This document shows, one piece after another, positions 9,680 to 18,371 of a DNA stretch of 64,000 bases. The stretch lies in the sequence record OP752703.1; one strand, written 5' to 3'. How positions within the stretch are numbered: the first letter of the stretch is position 1; each line of letters starts with the position of its first letter. The notes below the pieces were generated by a model. The model saw nothing but the letters and a program-made list of their open reading frames with translations, was not told the origin of the DNA and ran no database searches. The position numbers and the translations under genes are program-made.

Positions 9680-9888
9680 GTAATAATCAAGCCTACGCCA
9701 TCGGCGACTGTAACAATATCTTCTACTTCCTCGTCTGTAAAACCATGGACTTGAAATATGAAGTCATTGCTTTGCATAGAAGAAAAGCCTACATGCTATA
9801 CTACGATATGTTCATCGATTCCATAACAGCAGACTGTAATCAGAACCACTATCACGAATACCTAATGTGGAGATATGAACTTCAATGA
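9676..9888 (+). CDS. small protein, KxxhxxY[DE]F tandem family (30)
   Basis: KAYMLYYDM. Confidence 0.75.
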   Translation: MSNNQAYAIGDCNNIFYFLVCKTMDLKYEVIALHRRKAYMLYYDMFIDSITADCNQNHYHEYLMWRYELQ

Positions 9889-10097
9889 ACAAGTATTACA
9901 TGAAAGACCTCAGTCCACTCAATCCACACCCCTATCACTGCATCGGATTCAGTGACGACCACCTGTCACATCTATACTTTAATTCATCTATTGCCGATGC
10001 GAAATTCCATCTGCTACACTACGACTTCAACAATATCCGTTCTTGGGAGCAAACCACTAATGGATATGAAGTAACTATGTGTGTATACCACCTATGA
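9885..10097 (+). CDS. small protein, KxxhxxY[DE]F tandem family (31)
   Basis: DAKFHLLHYDFNNI. Confidence 0.8.
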   Translation: MNKYYMKDLSPLNPHPYHCIGFSDDHLSHLYFNSSIADAKFHLLHYDFNNIRSWEQTTNGYEVTMCVYHL

Positions 10098-10327
10098 ACA
10101 TTTATTACATTTCAAATATAAATCCAGAAGAAGGATACATCGGTAAACTATCAGCCGACTCCCCTTTCTATGCCCTAGGTTTCACCCCTAGAGATATGCG
10201 TGTCTATAACGCCCATAGCAGAGTACACACAAAGCTATATCTAAATCGCTACGAATTCACAGAAGCATCAGACTGGAAAACCACAATCAACGGCAGAGAC
10301 GAACCCATGGTGATGTATTACGTATGA
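10094..10327 (+). CDS. small protein, KxxhxxY[DE]F tandem family (32)
   Basis: KLYLNRYEF; start moved to ATGA overlap. Confidence 0.75.
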   Translation: MNIYYISNINPEEGYIGKLSADSPFYALGFTPRDMRVYNAHSRVHTKLYLNRYEFTEASDWKTTINGRDEPMVMYYV

Positions 10328-10545
10328 ATAAGTTCTACACCTATTACACGACAGACCTTGATTTCTCTCCTAAAGCTACCTATCACCTAATAGGATTCTG
10401 TAGTACACACAAGGACTACCTATACCGCCCGGAATCTATAGCCGACGCAAAGATTCATCTACTCAACTACGACTTCAATAATATACGAAAGTGGTCCCAT
10501 TCCGTTGATAGACACAATATCACTATGGTAGTATACAATCTATGA
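10324..10545 (+). CDS. small protein, KxxhxxY[DE]F tandem family (33)
   Basis: DAKIHLLNYDFNNI. Confidence 0.8.
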   Translation: MNKFYTYYTTDLDFSPKATYHLIGFCSTHKDYLYRPESIADAKIHLLNYDFNNIRKWSHSVDRHNITMVVYNL

Positions 10546-10693
10546 AGCACTATTACATCACCGATGCCGATATCAAAGAAACTCCATCCTATCACGGCAT
10601 TGGATTCGATAACAGATTCCCATCCTACCTGTACTCCCCTGTAGGACGACACGACGCAAAGATTCATCTACTCAACTACGACTTCAATAATAT
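10443..10693 (+). repeat. 42-nt perfect direct repeat in array genes 33 and 34
   Basis: cgacgcaaagattcatctactcaactacgacttcaataatat at 10443-10484 and 10652-10693. Confidence 0.9.
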
Positions 10694-10754
10694 CCCATCT
10701 TGGTATCACACCACTAATAATGCAAAGGTCACATTAGTCATATACAACCTATGA
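10542..10754 (+). CDS. small protein, KxxhxxY[DE]F tandem family (34)
   Basis: DAKIHLLNYDFNNI. Confidence 0.8.
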   Translation: MKHYYITDADIKETPSYHGIGFDNRFPSYLYSPVGRHDAKIHLLNYDFNNIPSWYHTTNNAKVTLVIYNL

Positions 10755-11287
10755 AAGTAAACTTCAAACCCGCTGGCACCATCTTCTATAACGACGACCC
10801 TGCTATCGATAAGACAATCTTCTCAGCCACATTCGCTATCCCTACAAAGTACTTCTATACTAAAACTATCCCTAATGAAATCAATGCCGGTGTCAAATAC
10901 CTCACACAAAAACACCCCAATACAACTATAGACAGAATAAGCACACAAGCACTTAAACTGTATATGATCCTGTACGACCTATGGGAATCTCCACTGTATA
11001 AAGTAGTAGATGAACTAGAGACTATTACCTATGTCTATATCAGAACAGATATAAACTACAATGGTGATTACTACCCTATGAATATTGCATACTATCCTAA
11101 GAAGGAAACAGACAAGAGCAATAACCCCCTCAGCCTAACGCATGCGTTAGGACATAAGAAGGGACAGATGCATACATTCAGTACAGGGACTATCGAACAT
11201 GATACTAGTAGAGTCATAGCAGTAGATGGACACGCTATGGATAGAATAGTATTCCCCTATAAGCCTAAGACTAATAAAGCCCTATAA
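10751..11287 (+). CDS. protein of KxxhxxY[DE]F tandem family with C-terminal extension (35)
   Basis: KLYMILYDL; last and longest gene of the array. Confidence 0.7.
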   Translation: MKVNFKPAGTIFYNDDPAIDKTIFSATFAIPTKYFYTKTIPNEINAGVKYLTQKHPNTTIDRISTQALKLYMILYDLWESPLYKVVDELETITYVYIRTDINYNGDYYPMNIAYYPKKETDKSNNPLSLTHALGHKKGQMHTFSTGTIEHDTSRVIAVDGHAMDRIVFPYKPKTNKAL

Positions 11288-11306
11288 GAATAATATAGGG
11301 CTTTTA
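11276..11306 (+). terminator. rho-independent terminator closing the array
   Basis: aaagccctata-agaataa-tatagggcttt hairpin over the stop of gene 35. Confidence 0.65.
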
Positions 11307-11734
11307 CTCTGTATGGGGGACTTAGTTGTATATGAATTTTAAAAATGTACTCATTTAAGAGAATATACAACTAAAAACTTAATCGGTAAGTTATTGATTA
11401 GTATGGGGATGGGTAAGAGTGTTGATATAACTTAATTAGAAAATTATAGGGGAAATAGTGGAGAATTGTGGGAAAATGTATCGTAAATGATTGATTTACG
11501 GTGGATTTGATGATTCTTCTGTGCTGTATAGGGGGAGTTCAACAAACTTTTAAAAATTTCCCCACCGAAGTTAACAGGCGTTAACTTTAATGAAAATGGT
11601 GTCATCACGGTATCTCCCTATCATTGTAGCACTGTAGTGGGGTGGTGTACTACCTAGGTAACACACCTAGGCTGTAGAATGCCTTCTCCCACGATTGCGT
11701 CCACTGTATCACGTAGTCAATGGTCTGTCAATAC

Positions 11735-11832
11735 TTGACAACCTGATACCTGTGTTTTAAAATAGGTGGGAGGCCGGGGGACTGTGGCCTGATGGGGTTG
11801 GGTGTTGACACGGTGTTGGAATGCTGTATACT
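11735..11832 (+). promoter_or_regulatory. tandem sigma70 promoters for the membrane-protein array
   Basis: TTGACA-17-TAAAAT (11735) and TTGACA-16-(TG)TATACT (11805-11832). Confidence 0.65.
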
Positions 11833-11860
11833 GGCGACACTTAAACAGAGATTTGATTAA

Positions 11861-12073
11861 ATGGGTGTGTTACTTTTTGTTCTAGCGTTGATCCTGATTG
11901 GTATTCGCTTCTACCGTGAGAGCAGGTACATTAAGGGCTGGCTAGATTGGGTTAGTACGTTGGCCCTGTATGGTGCTATGATCTACGTGTGTAGCTTCTT
12001 GATGCAGGTTCCGCATGCTGGTATTATTGTCATTCCGATTCTAGTTGTTCTAGCTGCACAGTACATGGATTAA
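11861..12073 (+). CDS. small membrane protein
   Basis: 3 hydrophobic segments; paralog of next gene (MG.LLF...RESR/RDSK..DW). Confidence 0.75.
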   Translation: MGVLLFVLALILIGIRFYRESRYIKGWLDWVSTLALYGAMIYVCSFLMQVPHAGIIVIPILVVLAAQYMD

Positions 12074-12282
12074 TGATTATGGGTATCTTTTTGTTTATTG
12101 TTTGTCTATTGCTATTGGTTTTCTGTTTCTTTAGGGACAGTAAATGGGCCAGTGGTGTAGGCGACTGGATTTTTAACATTGTAATATACGGTATCATGGC
12201 GATAGCCTGTACGTTTGTTATTGTATACCCTGTAGAGGGATTGTTGCTTGTGGCGATATTGATCGCCTTTGCTTGGGATTAA
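12073..12282 (+). CDS. small membrane protein
   Basis: 3 hydrophobic segments; TAATG coupling. Confidence 0.75.
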   Translation: MIMGIFLFIVCLLLLVFCFFRDSKWASGVGDWIFNIVIYGIMAIACTFVIVYPVEGLLLVAILIAFAWD

Positions 12283-12285
12283 AGT

Positions 12286-12534
12286 ATGTCTGAGAATGCT
12301 AGACTGATTCTACAAATTATTGCGACGCTACCGTGTCTTGCTATGTTCGTTGGTATTGTGTACTATGATCGTTGGTTGTATCGTTTATCTCCGATCCTCA
12401 CGTTATTGGCTTGGCTTTTCATCTTTGTGATGTGTATTGGACCGATTTGGTATGCACCTATCCTTGCATTGGTAAGTGTACCTTTGCTATTCTTACAACT
12501 CCAACACAGTAGAGCTTGCTCTAGAGACGACTAA
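12286..12534 (+). CDS. small membrane protein
   Basis: Hydrophobic 82 aa. Confidence 0.7.
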   Translation: MSENARLILQIIATLPCLAMFVGIVYYDRWLYRLSPILTLLAWLFIFVMCIGPIWYAPILALVSVPLLFLQLQHSRACSRDD

Positions 12535-12857
12535 TGACATTTGTTAATTCATTTCAGGCATTGTGTATGGTGCTGATTCTAGCGGCATCGATTTTGTGGA
12601 CAGTGGTAATCTTTCAGGAAGAGAGCCGCCGTCCGTTGTTCGGTAAGGAATCGCTAGGGACTGGCTGGGAAATGTTGGGCTTCATTAACATTCCCTTCAT
12701 TGCTATCCCTCTAGCAGTCTTGTGTGGCGTTCCGGGTGGTATGGGTGCTGTGATTGCTATTGTACTCTATGGGCTGTTAGGCGCATGGTTCATCCTTGAC
12801 ATTAAATTCATTCACCCTTATCATGGGGAGCATAGGAAGAAGAGTGGATATTATTAA
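12534..12857 (+). CDS. membrane protein
   Basis: 3 predicted TM segments; coupled. Confidence 0.7.
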   Translation: MTFVNSFQALCMVLILAASILWTVVIFQEESRRPLFGKESLGTGWEMLGFINIPFIAIPLAVLCGVPGGMGAVIAIVLYGLLGAWFILDIKFIHPYHGEHRKKSGYY

Positions 12858-13239
12858 CGAAATTGGTTTTACATTCTTAATCGTAGGCGGCTATGCTTTT
12901 TGTGGCTGGCTGACCTATGTTCTAGGTAAAGCTACTTGTGCGTATACGGTCATTCTAAAGGCTTGGCGCACCCGTAAAGAATTAGAGCGATCTGAACTGA
13001 TCGATGGGTGGAATGCTTATGCTCGCTATAGTGGTGAGTTAAATGGCTTAGACCCTTTGTTCACTTTCCTATGGCCTTTTGGTTTGATTGGCTGTATTTC
13101 AACTATCTTGGTCTTTACTCCTTATGCGATGTATAAGCGATGGTGGACTTACAAGGTTAAGCCGGGACAATTTACGCTACGTCCACGTTGGTGGTCAGTA
13201 GATACACTTCTTCATAACATTAACAAGAAAATCAAATGA
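12844..13239 (+). CDS. membrane protein, WPF / PxW..N family
   Basis: FLWPF; PRWWSVDTLLHNIN; GTG start inferred. Confidence 0.7.
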   Translation: MDIINEIGFTFLIVGGYAFCGWLTYVLGKATCAYTVILKAWRTRKELERSELIDGWNAYARYSGELNGLDPLFTFLWPFGLIGCISTILVFTPYAMYKRWWTYKVKPGQFTLRPRWWSVDTLLHNINKKIK

Positions 13240-13619
13240 GCTACCATTCCCCGCTAGAAGTTTTTGCTACAATTGCAGTCATCTACATTAGTGGTGCGGC
13301 TGTGACCCATCTAGGTTCTCGCATACTGGAAGTATTGAACTATCTGCGCTATACTTCTGTCGATGGTACTAAGGTAACTGCGTATGGTATCAAGCGAGCT
13401 TGGCGTCTAGAGGGTGAGAGTGATACCTTCGAGTATGTTCTATTCGTGGGAACGTTGTTCTGGCCCTTTGCATGGATTGTTAATCCCTTCCTGTATCACA
13501 AGACGTTCATGTGGGTGATTGGTTATCCTGCTCGTTCGTTGAATATTCGTATGCCTTACTGGATGACAGTACAGGGCTTTGCTGACCGTGTTAATAAAAA
13601 GAGAGAGGCACGACGCTAA
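13236..13619 (+). CDS. membrane protein, WPF / PxW..N family
   Basis: LFWPF; PYWMTVQGFADRVN. Confidence 0.75.
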   Translation: MSYHSPLEVFATIAVIYISGAAVTHLGSRILEVLNYLRYTSVDGTKVTAYGIKRAWRLEGESDTFEYVLFVGTLFWPFAWIVNPFLYHKTFMWVIGYPARSLNIRMPYWMTVQGFADRVNKKREARR

Positions 13620-13936
13620 TGTTAGAATCTGTAGGAATTGTGTGTGGTGTCCTATCGGTCATCATTGGTGTATACTTCGCTGGTAGTGTATCTGTAGACT
13701 CGATCTATGGATATTACCCTGAAAGCTATGGTATGCCTGCTATGTTCGGCTGGCCCATTGCGTTCTTCTGCACTATTCTATCTGCTGGTTTGTGGTTTAT
13801 TGGGGTGTTATGCTTTGTTGTTTTTGTAGCTATTGTAGTACACCTACACCAGATTAGGGGACCACGTGGTTGGTATGATAACAATACTGATCCGCCACCG
13901 CGAAAGACTGATAATTCTTTAAAGGATTTGGAATGA
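13619..13936 (+). CDS. membrane protein
   Basis: FGWPI; TM segments. Confidence 0.7.
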   Translation: MLESVGIVCGVLSVIIGVYFAGSVSVDSIYGYYPESYGMPAMFGWPIAFFCTILSAGLWFIGVLCFVVFVAIVVHLHQIRGPRGWYDNNTDPPPRKTDNSLKDLE

Positions 13937-14340
13937 CTGTTATCGACGTAATTAGATGGATCATCCTAGGCTACATTGCCGGCGCTATGCTTATGTTGGT
14001 AGGCTATTGTGTTGGCTGGGTGTGGGGTGCTACACTATCATTTGTAGAGTCGTGGGCAAAGCGAGAGCCTTTGACTGCTGATGACCTTAGTATGGACATT
14101 CGAGAAATGGGACCGCCTTTGTGGGTGATGCCTTTTATTAGTCCGCTAATCATTGGGTTGTTCGCTTTAATCTTTACTTGTGGTACAGTCTATGTCTTAG
14201 CCATGGTGATGCAGCACAGAGTAGTACCGTTGTTCAAGCGCATCACACTTGGAAATTTTAACTTGCCATCGTGGTTTAGTCTTGATAGACTAGCCACATC
14301 ACTTAACAAGCTAACTGGCACTCACAATGAATCTAAATGA
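13933..14340 (+). CDS. membrane protein, PxW..N family
   Basis: PSWFSLDRLATSLN. Confidence 0.75.
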   Translation: MTVIDVIRWIILGYIAGAMLMLVGYCVGWVWGATLSFVESWAKREPLTADDLSMDIREMGPPLWVMPFISPLIIGLFALIFTCGTVYVLAMVMQHRVVPLFKRITLGNFNLPSWFSLDRLATSLNKLTGTHNESK

Positions 14341-14704
14341 TTTGCCCACGCACCACTTGATTCCGATCCTACTGATTGGTTACGGCCTTATGTCCTTTGT
14401 GGCCAGAGGAATCTTGTTCGGCCTACACGCTATTCTTATCTACTTTAAGTCCCGTGTATTGAATTTTGAAGTATCGGGCATTCACTTGGAACGTTATCCG
14501 GGTGCAGACTTGGGTCATGGTGAAATGCTATTCATCTGGCCGTTCGCTCTAGTCATCATGGGTATCAGTATGATCGGTGATATTATCCATTTCATGTGGA
14601 GGGCTGTGTTCACTACGGATGGTAGTAAGATTCGTCTGATTCCGAAGTGGTTCAGCATTGATGGTCTAGCTCGTATGATGAACGGACACAAAAAGGAAAA
14701 GTAA
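14327..14704 (+). CDS. membrane protein, WPF / PxW..N family
   Basis: FIWPF; PKWFSIDGLARMMN. Confidence 0.75.
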   Translation: MNLNDLPTHHLIPILLIGYGLMSFVARGILFGLHAILIYFKSRVLNFEVSGIHLERYPGADLGHGEMLFIWPFALVIMGISMIGDIIHFMWRAVFTTDGSKIRLIPKWFSIDGLARMMNGHKKEK

Positions 14705-15075
14705 TGGAACCTAAAGTTTTGTATATTGCTGGATTTATGGTGCTATACTGCCTTGGTGCTATCCTGCTCCCTAAGATATTGATTATCCCCAACTTCATTG
14801 CTGAATTCGTTATCGCGTTCTTAGAGCGTCGTCCAATGAGCTACCATAAGGTGGCAGACGTTGACTTTTTAATTGACGATGAACTATTCTGCATCATGAT
14901 GTTTGCGGCATGGCCTCTGGTAATTTTGGTGGTGTGTATTGTCCATATCATCAGGGTGATTTCCGCTGCCCTAGACAGGTTCAATAACTACCGATTCACT
15001 GGCCCGAAGTGGTTGACGCTAAGGGGTTGGGTGGGTTACACTAATTCTCTACTTGGACACAAAGAACAGAAATGA
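14704..15075 (+). CDS. membrane protein, WPF / PxW..N family
   Basis: AAWPL; PKWLTLRGWVGYTN. Confidence 0.75.
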   Translation: MEPKVLYIAGFMVLYCLGAILLPKILIIPNFIAEFVIAFLERRPMSYHKVADVDFLIDDELFCIMMFAAWPLVILVVCIVHIIRVISAALDRFNNYRFTGPKWLTLRGWVGYTNSLLGHKEQK

Positions 15076-15398
15076 CTATTCTTTCCATTATCTCACTAAC
15101 CGTATTAGTTCCTAGTATCTTCTATAACGCCATGAGGTTTGGAGCTTCTCTTGGCATGTATATGGATGACAAGTGGCGTGAAACCAAGAACCCGCTATAT
15201 GCTGTGGGTTATGTACTCACGATCATTGGCACGATGTTTGGTGGTGGCGGTAGTTTGATGGCGGCTATCCACTTCTATCATGGCAATGAAACTGTTATGA
15301 TGGTCGTGGCATCTATCTCTATCCTTCTAACCATCTACTTCTCTTACTATCAAAGGTTTGGTAAATCACTATGGGTGAAACGCTTCCTGTACTCTTAA
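15072..15398 (+). CDS. membrane protein
   Basis: 3 TM segments. Confidence 0.7.
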   Translation: MTILSIISLTVLVPSIFYNAMRFGASLGMYMDDKWRETKNPLYAVGYVLTIIGTMFGGGGSLMAAIHFYHGNETVMMVVASISILLTIYFSYYQRFGKSLWVKRFLYS

Positions 15399-15730
15399 TT
15401 GTTGTTGGCTCCCTACTAGGGAGTATGGCGTTAACCGTGTTCAATCTTTATGTTTGCGTATTGATTGATGCATGGTATAATCAAACCCCGTTGGGATATG
15501 ATTCATTAGAACTGGACCGTATTCTATGGGACTTTGGTAATCTGGACTACCCACTGTTCTTTGGTGGTACTATCACTGGTCTATTGACAGCGGTAACCAC
15601 TGTACGTATGCTCTTCTATGTGATTGTATTCATTCCGATGGGTATTTTCAAAATCATGGGCGCTAGGTACAGATTGGATTCTGACAACATAGCCCGTATC
15701 TTAAACAATCTCCTAATTAGGAAACGATAA
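15371..15730 (+). CDS. membrane protein
   Basis: 2 TM segments; C-term DNIARILN resembles family tail. Confidence 0.65.
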   Translation: MGETLPVLLIVVGSLLGSMALTVFNLYVCVLIDAWYNQTPLGYDSLELDRILWDFGNLDYPLFFGGTITGLLTAVTTVRMLFYVIVFIPMGIFKIMGARYRLDSDNIARILNNLLIRKR

Positions 15731-16173
15731 TGAATATTTCTGATCTTTCTGGCTGGCAAATGTTTGGTGCATACATTGGTTGTATGATTGCTTCCCCGTT
15801 CCTCTATTGGATTCTGTGGTTTGTAGGGACATTTATTCATAGTTACGTGGGCGGTAACCGTATCAAGGTTGGTGCATTAAATTACTTTAAGTCATTCGAA
15901 CCGGTTTCTGATAGAAGGACTGACCAAGAAGCTGCATCCTTCTGGTTTGGATTTAATATGTTTGTTGGTTGGCTACTCTGGCCGATTGGCTGGACGCTTG
16001 CTAGTATTGGCTTTATCATTACGATCATTACTGCTTTCTTCCAAGCTGCTGCACAGGGACTTGACTCTGCCTTTGGAAAGCGCGAGAATGGCGAAGACGT
16101 TTGGGACTTCGGTGCTTTAACTCGCCGCCTAAATGCATCTGCTGAAAATCGCAAGAATAAGGCGATCAAGTAA
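15730..16173 (+). CDS. membrane protein, WPF family
   Basis: LLWPI; WDFGALTRRLN. Confidence 0.75.
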   Translation: MNISDLSGWQMFGAYIGCMIASPFLYWILWFVGTFIHSYVGGNRIKVGALNYFKSFEPVSDRRTDQEAASFWFGFNMFVGWLLWPIGWTLASIGFIITIITAFFQAAAQGLDSAFGKRENGEDVWDFGALTRRLNASAENRKNKAIK

Positions 16174-16231
16174 TGAATGAAATCCTCTCCGAACTAACCC
16201 ACTGGCTACAATACAAGGTAATTGACAAACT

Positions 16232-16678
16232 ATGGAACTAATTAGCACTCTTCTAAGCTTCGGTAAGCTCAATGCTGGTATCTCTATTGGCGTGACCTTC
16301 ACCTTCCTCTTCCTTTACTCTGTAGTAATCCTACGTAAGCGTCGTGCGGTTAGTGAAGTCTATACTGCCGACCTGAACGAACTGGAACTACTAGCACGTA
16401 ATGAAGAAGTATCGAACGCCCGTCTATCTGCCTACAACCGCGTAACCCGTAACAAGGAAGCTCTAGAGGCTTTGCGTAAGGGTAGTGGCGTAATCGATGC
16501 CTACAATCATATGCTACTGGCTGGCTTTGCATTCTGTATCCCTGTATACTTCCTATGGCTCCCGGCTCTGATCCTGACTCTACCGATTGGTCTAGCTCTG
16601 GCCTGTGTCTACCCGGACAAGGTTAAGGCTCTACTTGCTAAGACGGTAGCTGTTGACAAGAAGCCTGCTAGCCAGTAA
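16232..16678 (+). CDS. membrane protein
   Basis: N- and C-terminal TM segments, strong CTA codon bias. Confidence 0.75.
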   Translation: MELISTLLSFGKLNAGISIGVTFTFLFLYSVVILRKRRAVSEVYTADLNELELLARNEEVSNARLSAYNRVTRNKEALEALRKGSGVIDAYNHMLLAGFAFCIPVYFLWLPALILTLPIGLALACVYPDKVKALLAKTVAVDKKPASQ

Positions 16679-16709
16679 TATACAAACTCTTCCCAACGAG
16701 TGAATCACC

Positions 16710-17006
16710 ATGATGCTGTTTGACATTGTACGTGACATTAACGACAAGATTACCCACTCTATGAATGAGGGTAAGCCCGGTAAGCGCGGAATTTATCTAA
16801 CAGGAACCACGGATGGTTACAATGTAGTGTTTCACTTCATGGGCGAAGTAGTGTGGGACTCAACTGTGTGGGCCTATCACTATGAAGGCGATGACGTGAC
16901 CGACGAACAGGTTGCTCTAGAAATGGAGCGCATCCGTGGTCACGTCACCGCCAAAGCACAGAAACTAATCAATCAATTCTTTAACATCCAACTGGATAAC
17001 GATTAA
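16710..17006 (+). CDS. hypothetical protein
   Basis: 98-aa ORF coupled to next. Confidence 0.7.
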   Translation: MMLFDIVRDINDKITHSMNEGKPGKRGIYLTGTTDGYNVVFHFMGEVVWDSTVWAYHYEGDDVTDEQVALEMERIRGHVTAKAQKLINQFFNIQLDND

Positions 17007-17308
17007 TGAACCTTGCTGACCTTTCCCCCGGCTATCAAATGATCTATATCATTTCGTGCGTACTACTGTCTGCTCTGCATCTATTTCTGATGGAAAAGGC
17101 GCTGTATAAAATTTATCGTATCCTGTTCAACCGTCATACATTCAGCAATAAGGTAGAGAAGTTCGGGTTTTACCTGCACGGCATTCTAGCGTATGCTGGT
17201 GGTATGACTCTGGTTCTCTCACCGCTGCTATTCATTGACCTAAAGTATGGTCTAATGGGAACCGGTTTTATTCTATTGATTCGTCTACTACTAAAGGGTA
17301 AGCTATAA
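17006..17308 (+). CDS. membrane protein
   Basis: 3 TM segments, coupled. Confidence 0.7.
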   Translation: MNLADLSPGYQMIYIISCVLLSALHLFLMEKALYKIYRILFNRHTFSNKVEKFGFYLHGILAYAGGMTLVLSPLLFIDLKYGLMGTGFILLIRLLLKGKL

Positions 17309-18066
17309 TGAGTCGTGCTTCTGATGCAAAGTCTCTAGGTGATCGAATGAAGGAGTATGAAGATGCATACCGCATCAAGCTCTCCCGTCGAATGCCTGTA
17401 ATTATCCGTCTAGATGGTAAGGCGTTCCACACTTGGACTAAGGGCCTAGACCTACCGTTCGATGATACCTTTATGGGTATGATGGCGGCTACTACCAAGT
17501 TCCTAGTAGATAACATTCAGGGTGCTGTGTTCGCATACACTCAATCGGATGAAATCTCAATCCTCTTGCGCAACTACGATTCGCTGACCACCGATCCTTG
17601 GTACGACAACAATCTTCAAAAGATGGTGTCGGTTGCCGCCAGTCTAGGCACTGGCCGTTTTAACCAGTTGTGTAATGAATTCCTAGAAGACCCTAAGCTG
17701 GCCTTCTTTGATGCCCGCGCTTTCATTCTGCCCAAGGAAGAAGTAGTTAACTATTTCATCTGGCGTCAGCAGGATGCAACCCGCAACAGTATTCGTGCTG
17801 TAGCGCATCACTACCTTGGTCACAATGCTATCCTTGGAAAGAATAACAGTGAAGTGCAGGATATGTTGATGGGGCTGGACGTTCCCGTAAATTGGAACGA
17901 TTACCCTATTCACAAGAAGCGCGGATACTGCTATAATAGCCTTTCTAAGGAAATCGATCAGCACATTCCGATCTTCTCTGCAAGTCGAGATTATGTCGGT
18001 CTACACCTAGAAAAGCTAGAAGATGCATCGCTGGAAGAAGTCCAGCAACTTATGGGTGAAGAGTAA
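17308..18066 (+). CDS. thg1: tRNA(His) guanylyltransferase / Thg1-like 3'-5' polymerase
   Basis: RMKEYE, RLDGKAFHTWT, YTQSDEIS, FDAR, WRQQDATRNS motifs. Confidence 0.93.
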   Translation: MSRASDAKSLGDRMKEYEDAYRIKLSRRMPVIIRLDGKAFHTWTKGLDLPFDDTFMGMMAATTKFLVDNIQGAVFAYTQSDEISILLRNYDSLTTDPWYDNNLQKMVSVAASLGTGRFNQLCNEFLEDPKLAFFDARAFILPKEEVVNYFIWRQQDATRNSIRAVAHHYLGHNAILGKNNSEVQDMLMGLDVPVNWNDYPIHKKRGYCYNSLSKEIDQHIPIFSASRDYVGLHLEKLEDASLEEVQQLMGEE

Positions 18067-18371
18067 TGTGGGATAAAATTAAGTATAATATAGGTGCGCT
18101 TGCTATTGCACTTCTATTATTTGTACCATTTCTATTATGGGTATTCGCTCCACCGACTAGCCCAGCGGATAATGATTGGTATTTGGTTTGCTCAGGAAAA
18201 GACAAGGACTATCTTGTAAAGTCCGAAGGAAAGCCTTATACTAAGGACGGCTTCATTTATGTTGATGGAGATTCATTCATCACTGCGGAAGCTGGTATGA
18301 CCTGTAAGCCTGTAACGGGTGAAGTGGTGCGCGCCGCCATTGGTCAAAAGGGCCTAGAACAAGGAAAATAA
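18066..18371 (+). CDS. membrane-anchored hypothetical protein
   Basis: N-terminal TM, two Cys. Confidence 0.7.
   Translation: MWDKIKYNIGALAIALLLFVPFLLWVFAPPTSPADNDWYLVCSGKDKDYLVKSEGKPYTKDGFIYVDGDSFITAEAGMTCKPVTGEVVRAAIGQKGLEQGK

Noticed and set aside
2626-11287. CRISPR array or diversity-generating retroelement as the explanation for the repeated motif
   Set aside because: Repetition is at protein level with no fixed DNA repeat-spacer period. The only exact repeat pair has no adenine-specific mismatches, and no reverse transcriptase or cas gene is in the window.
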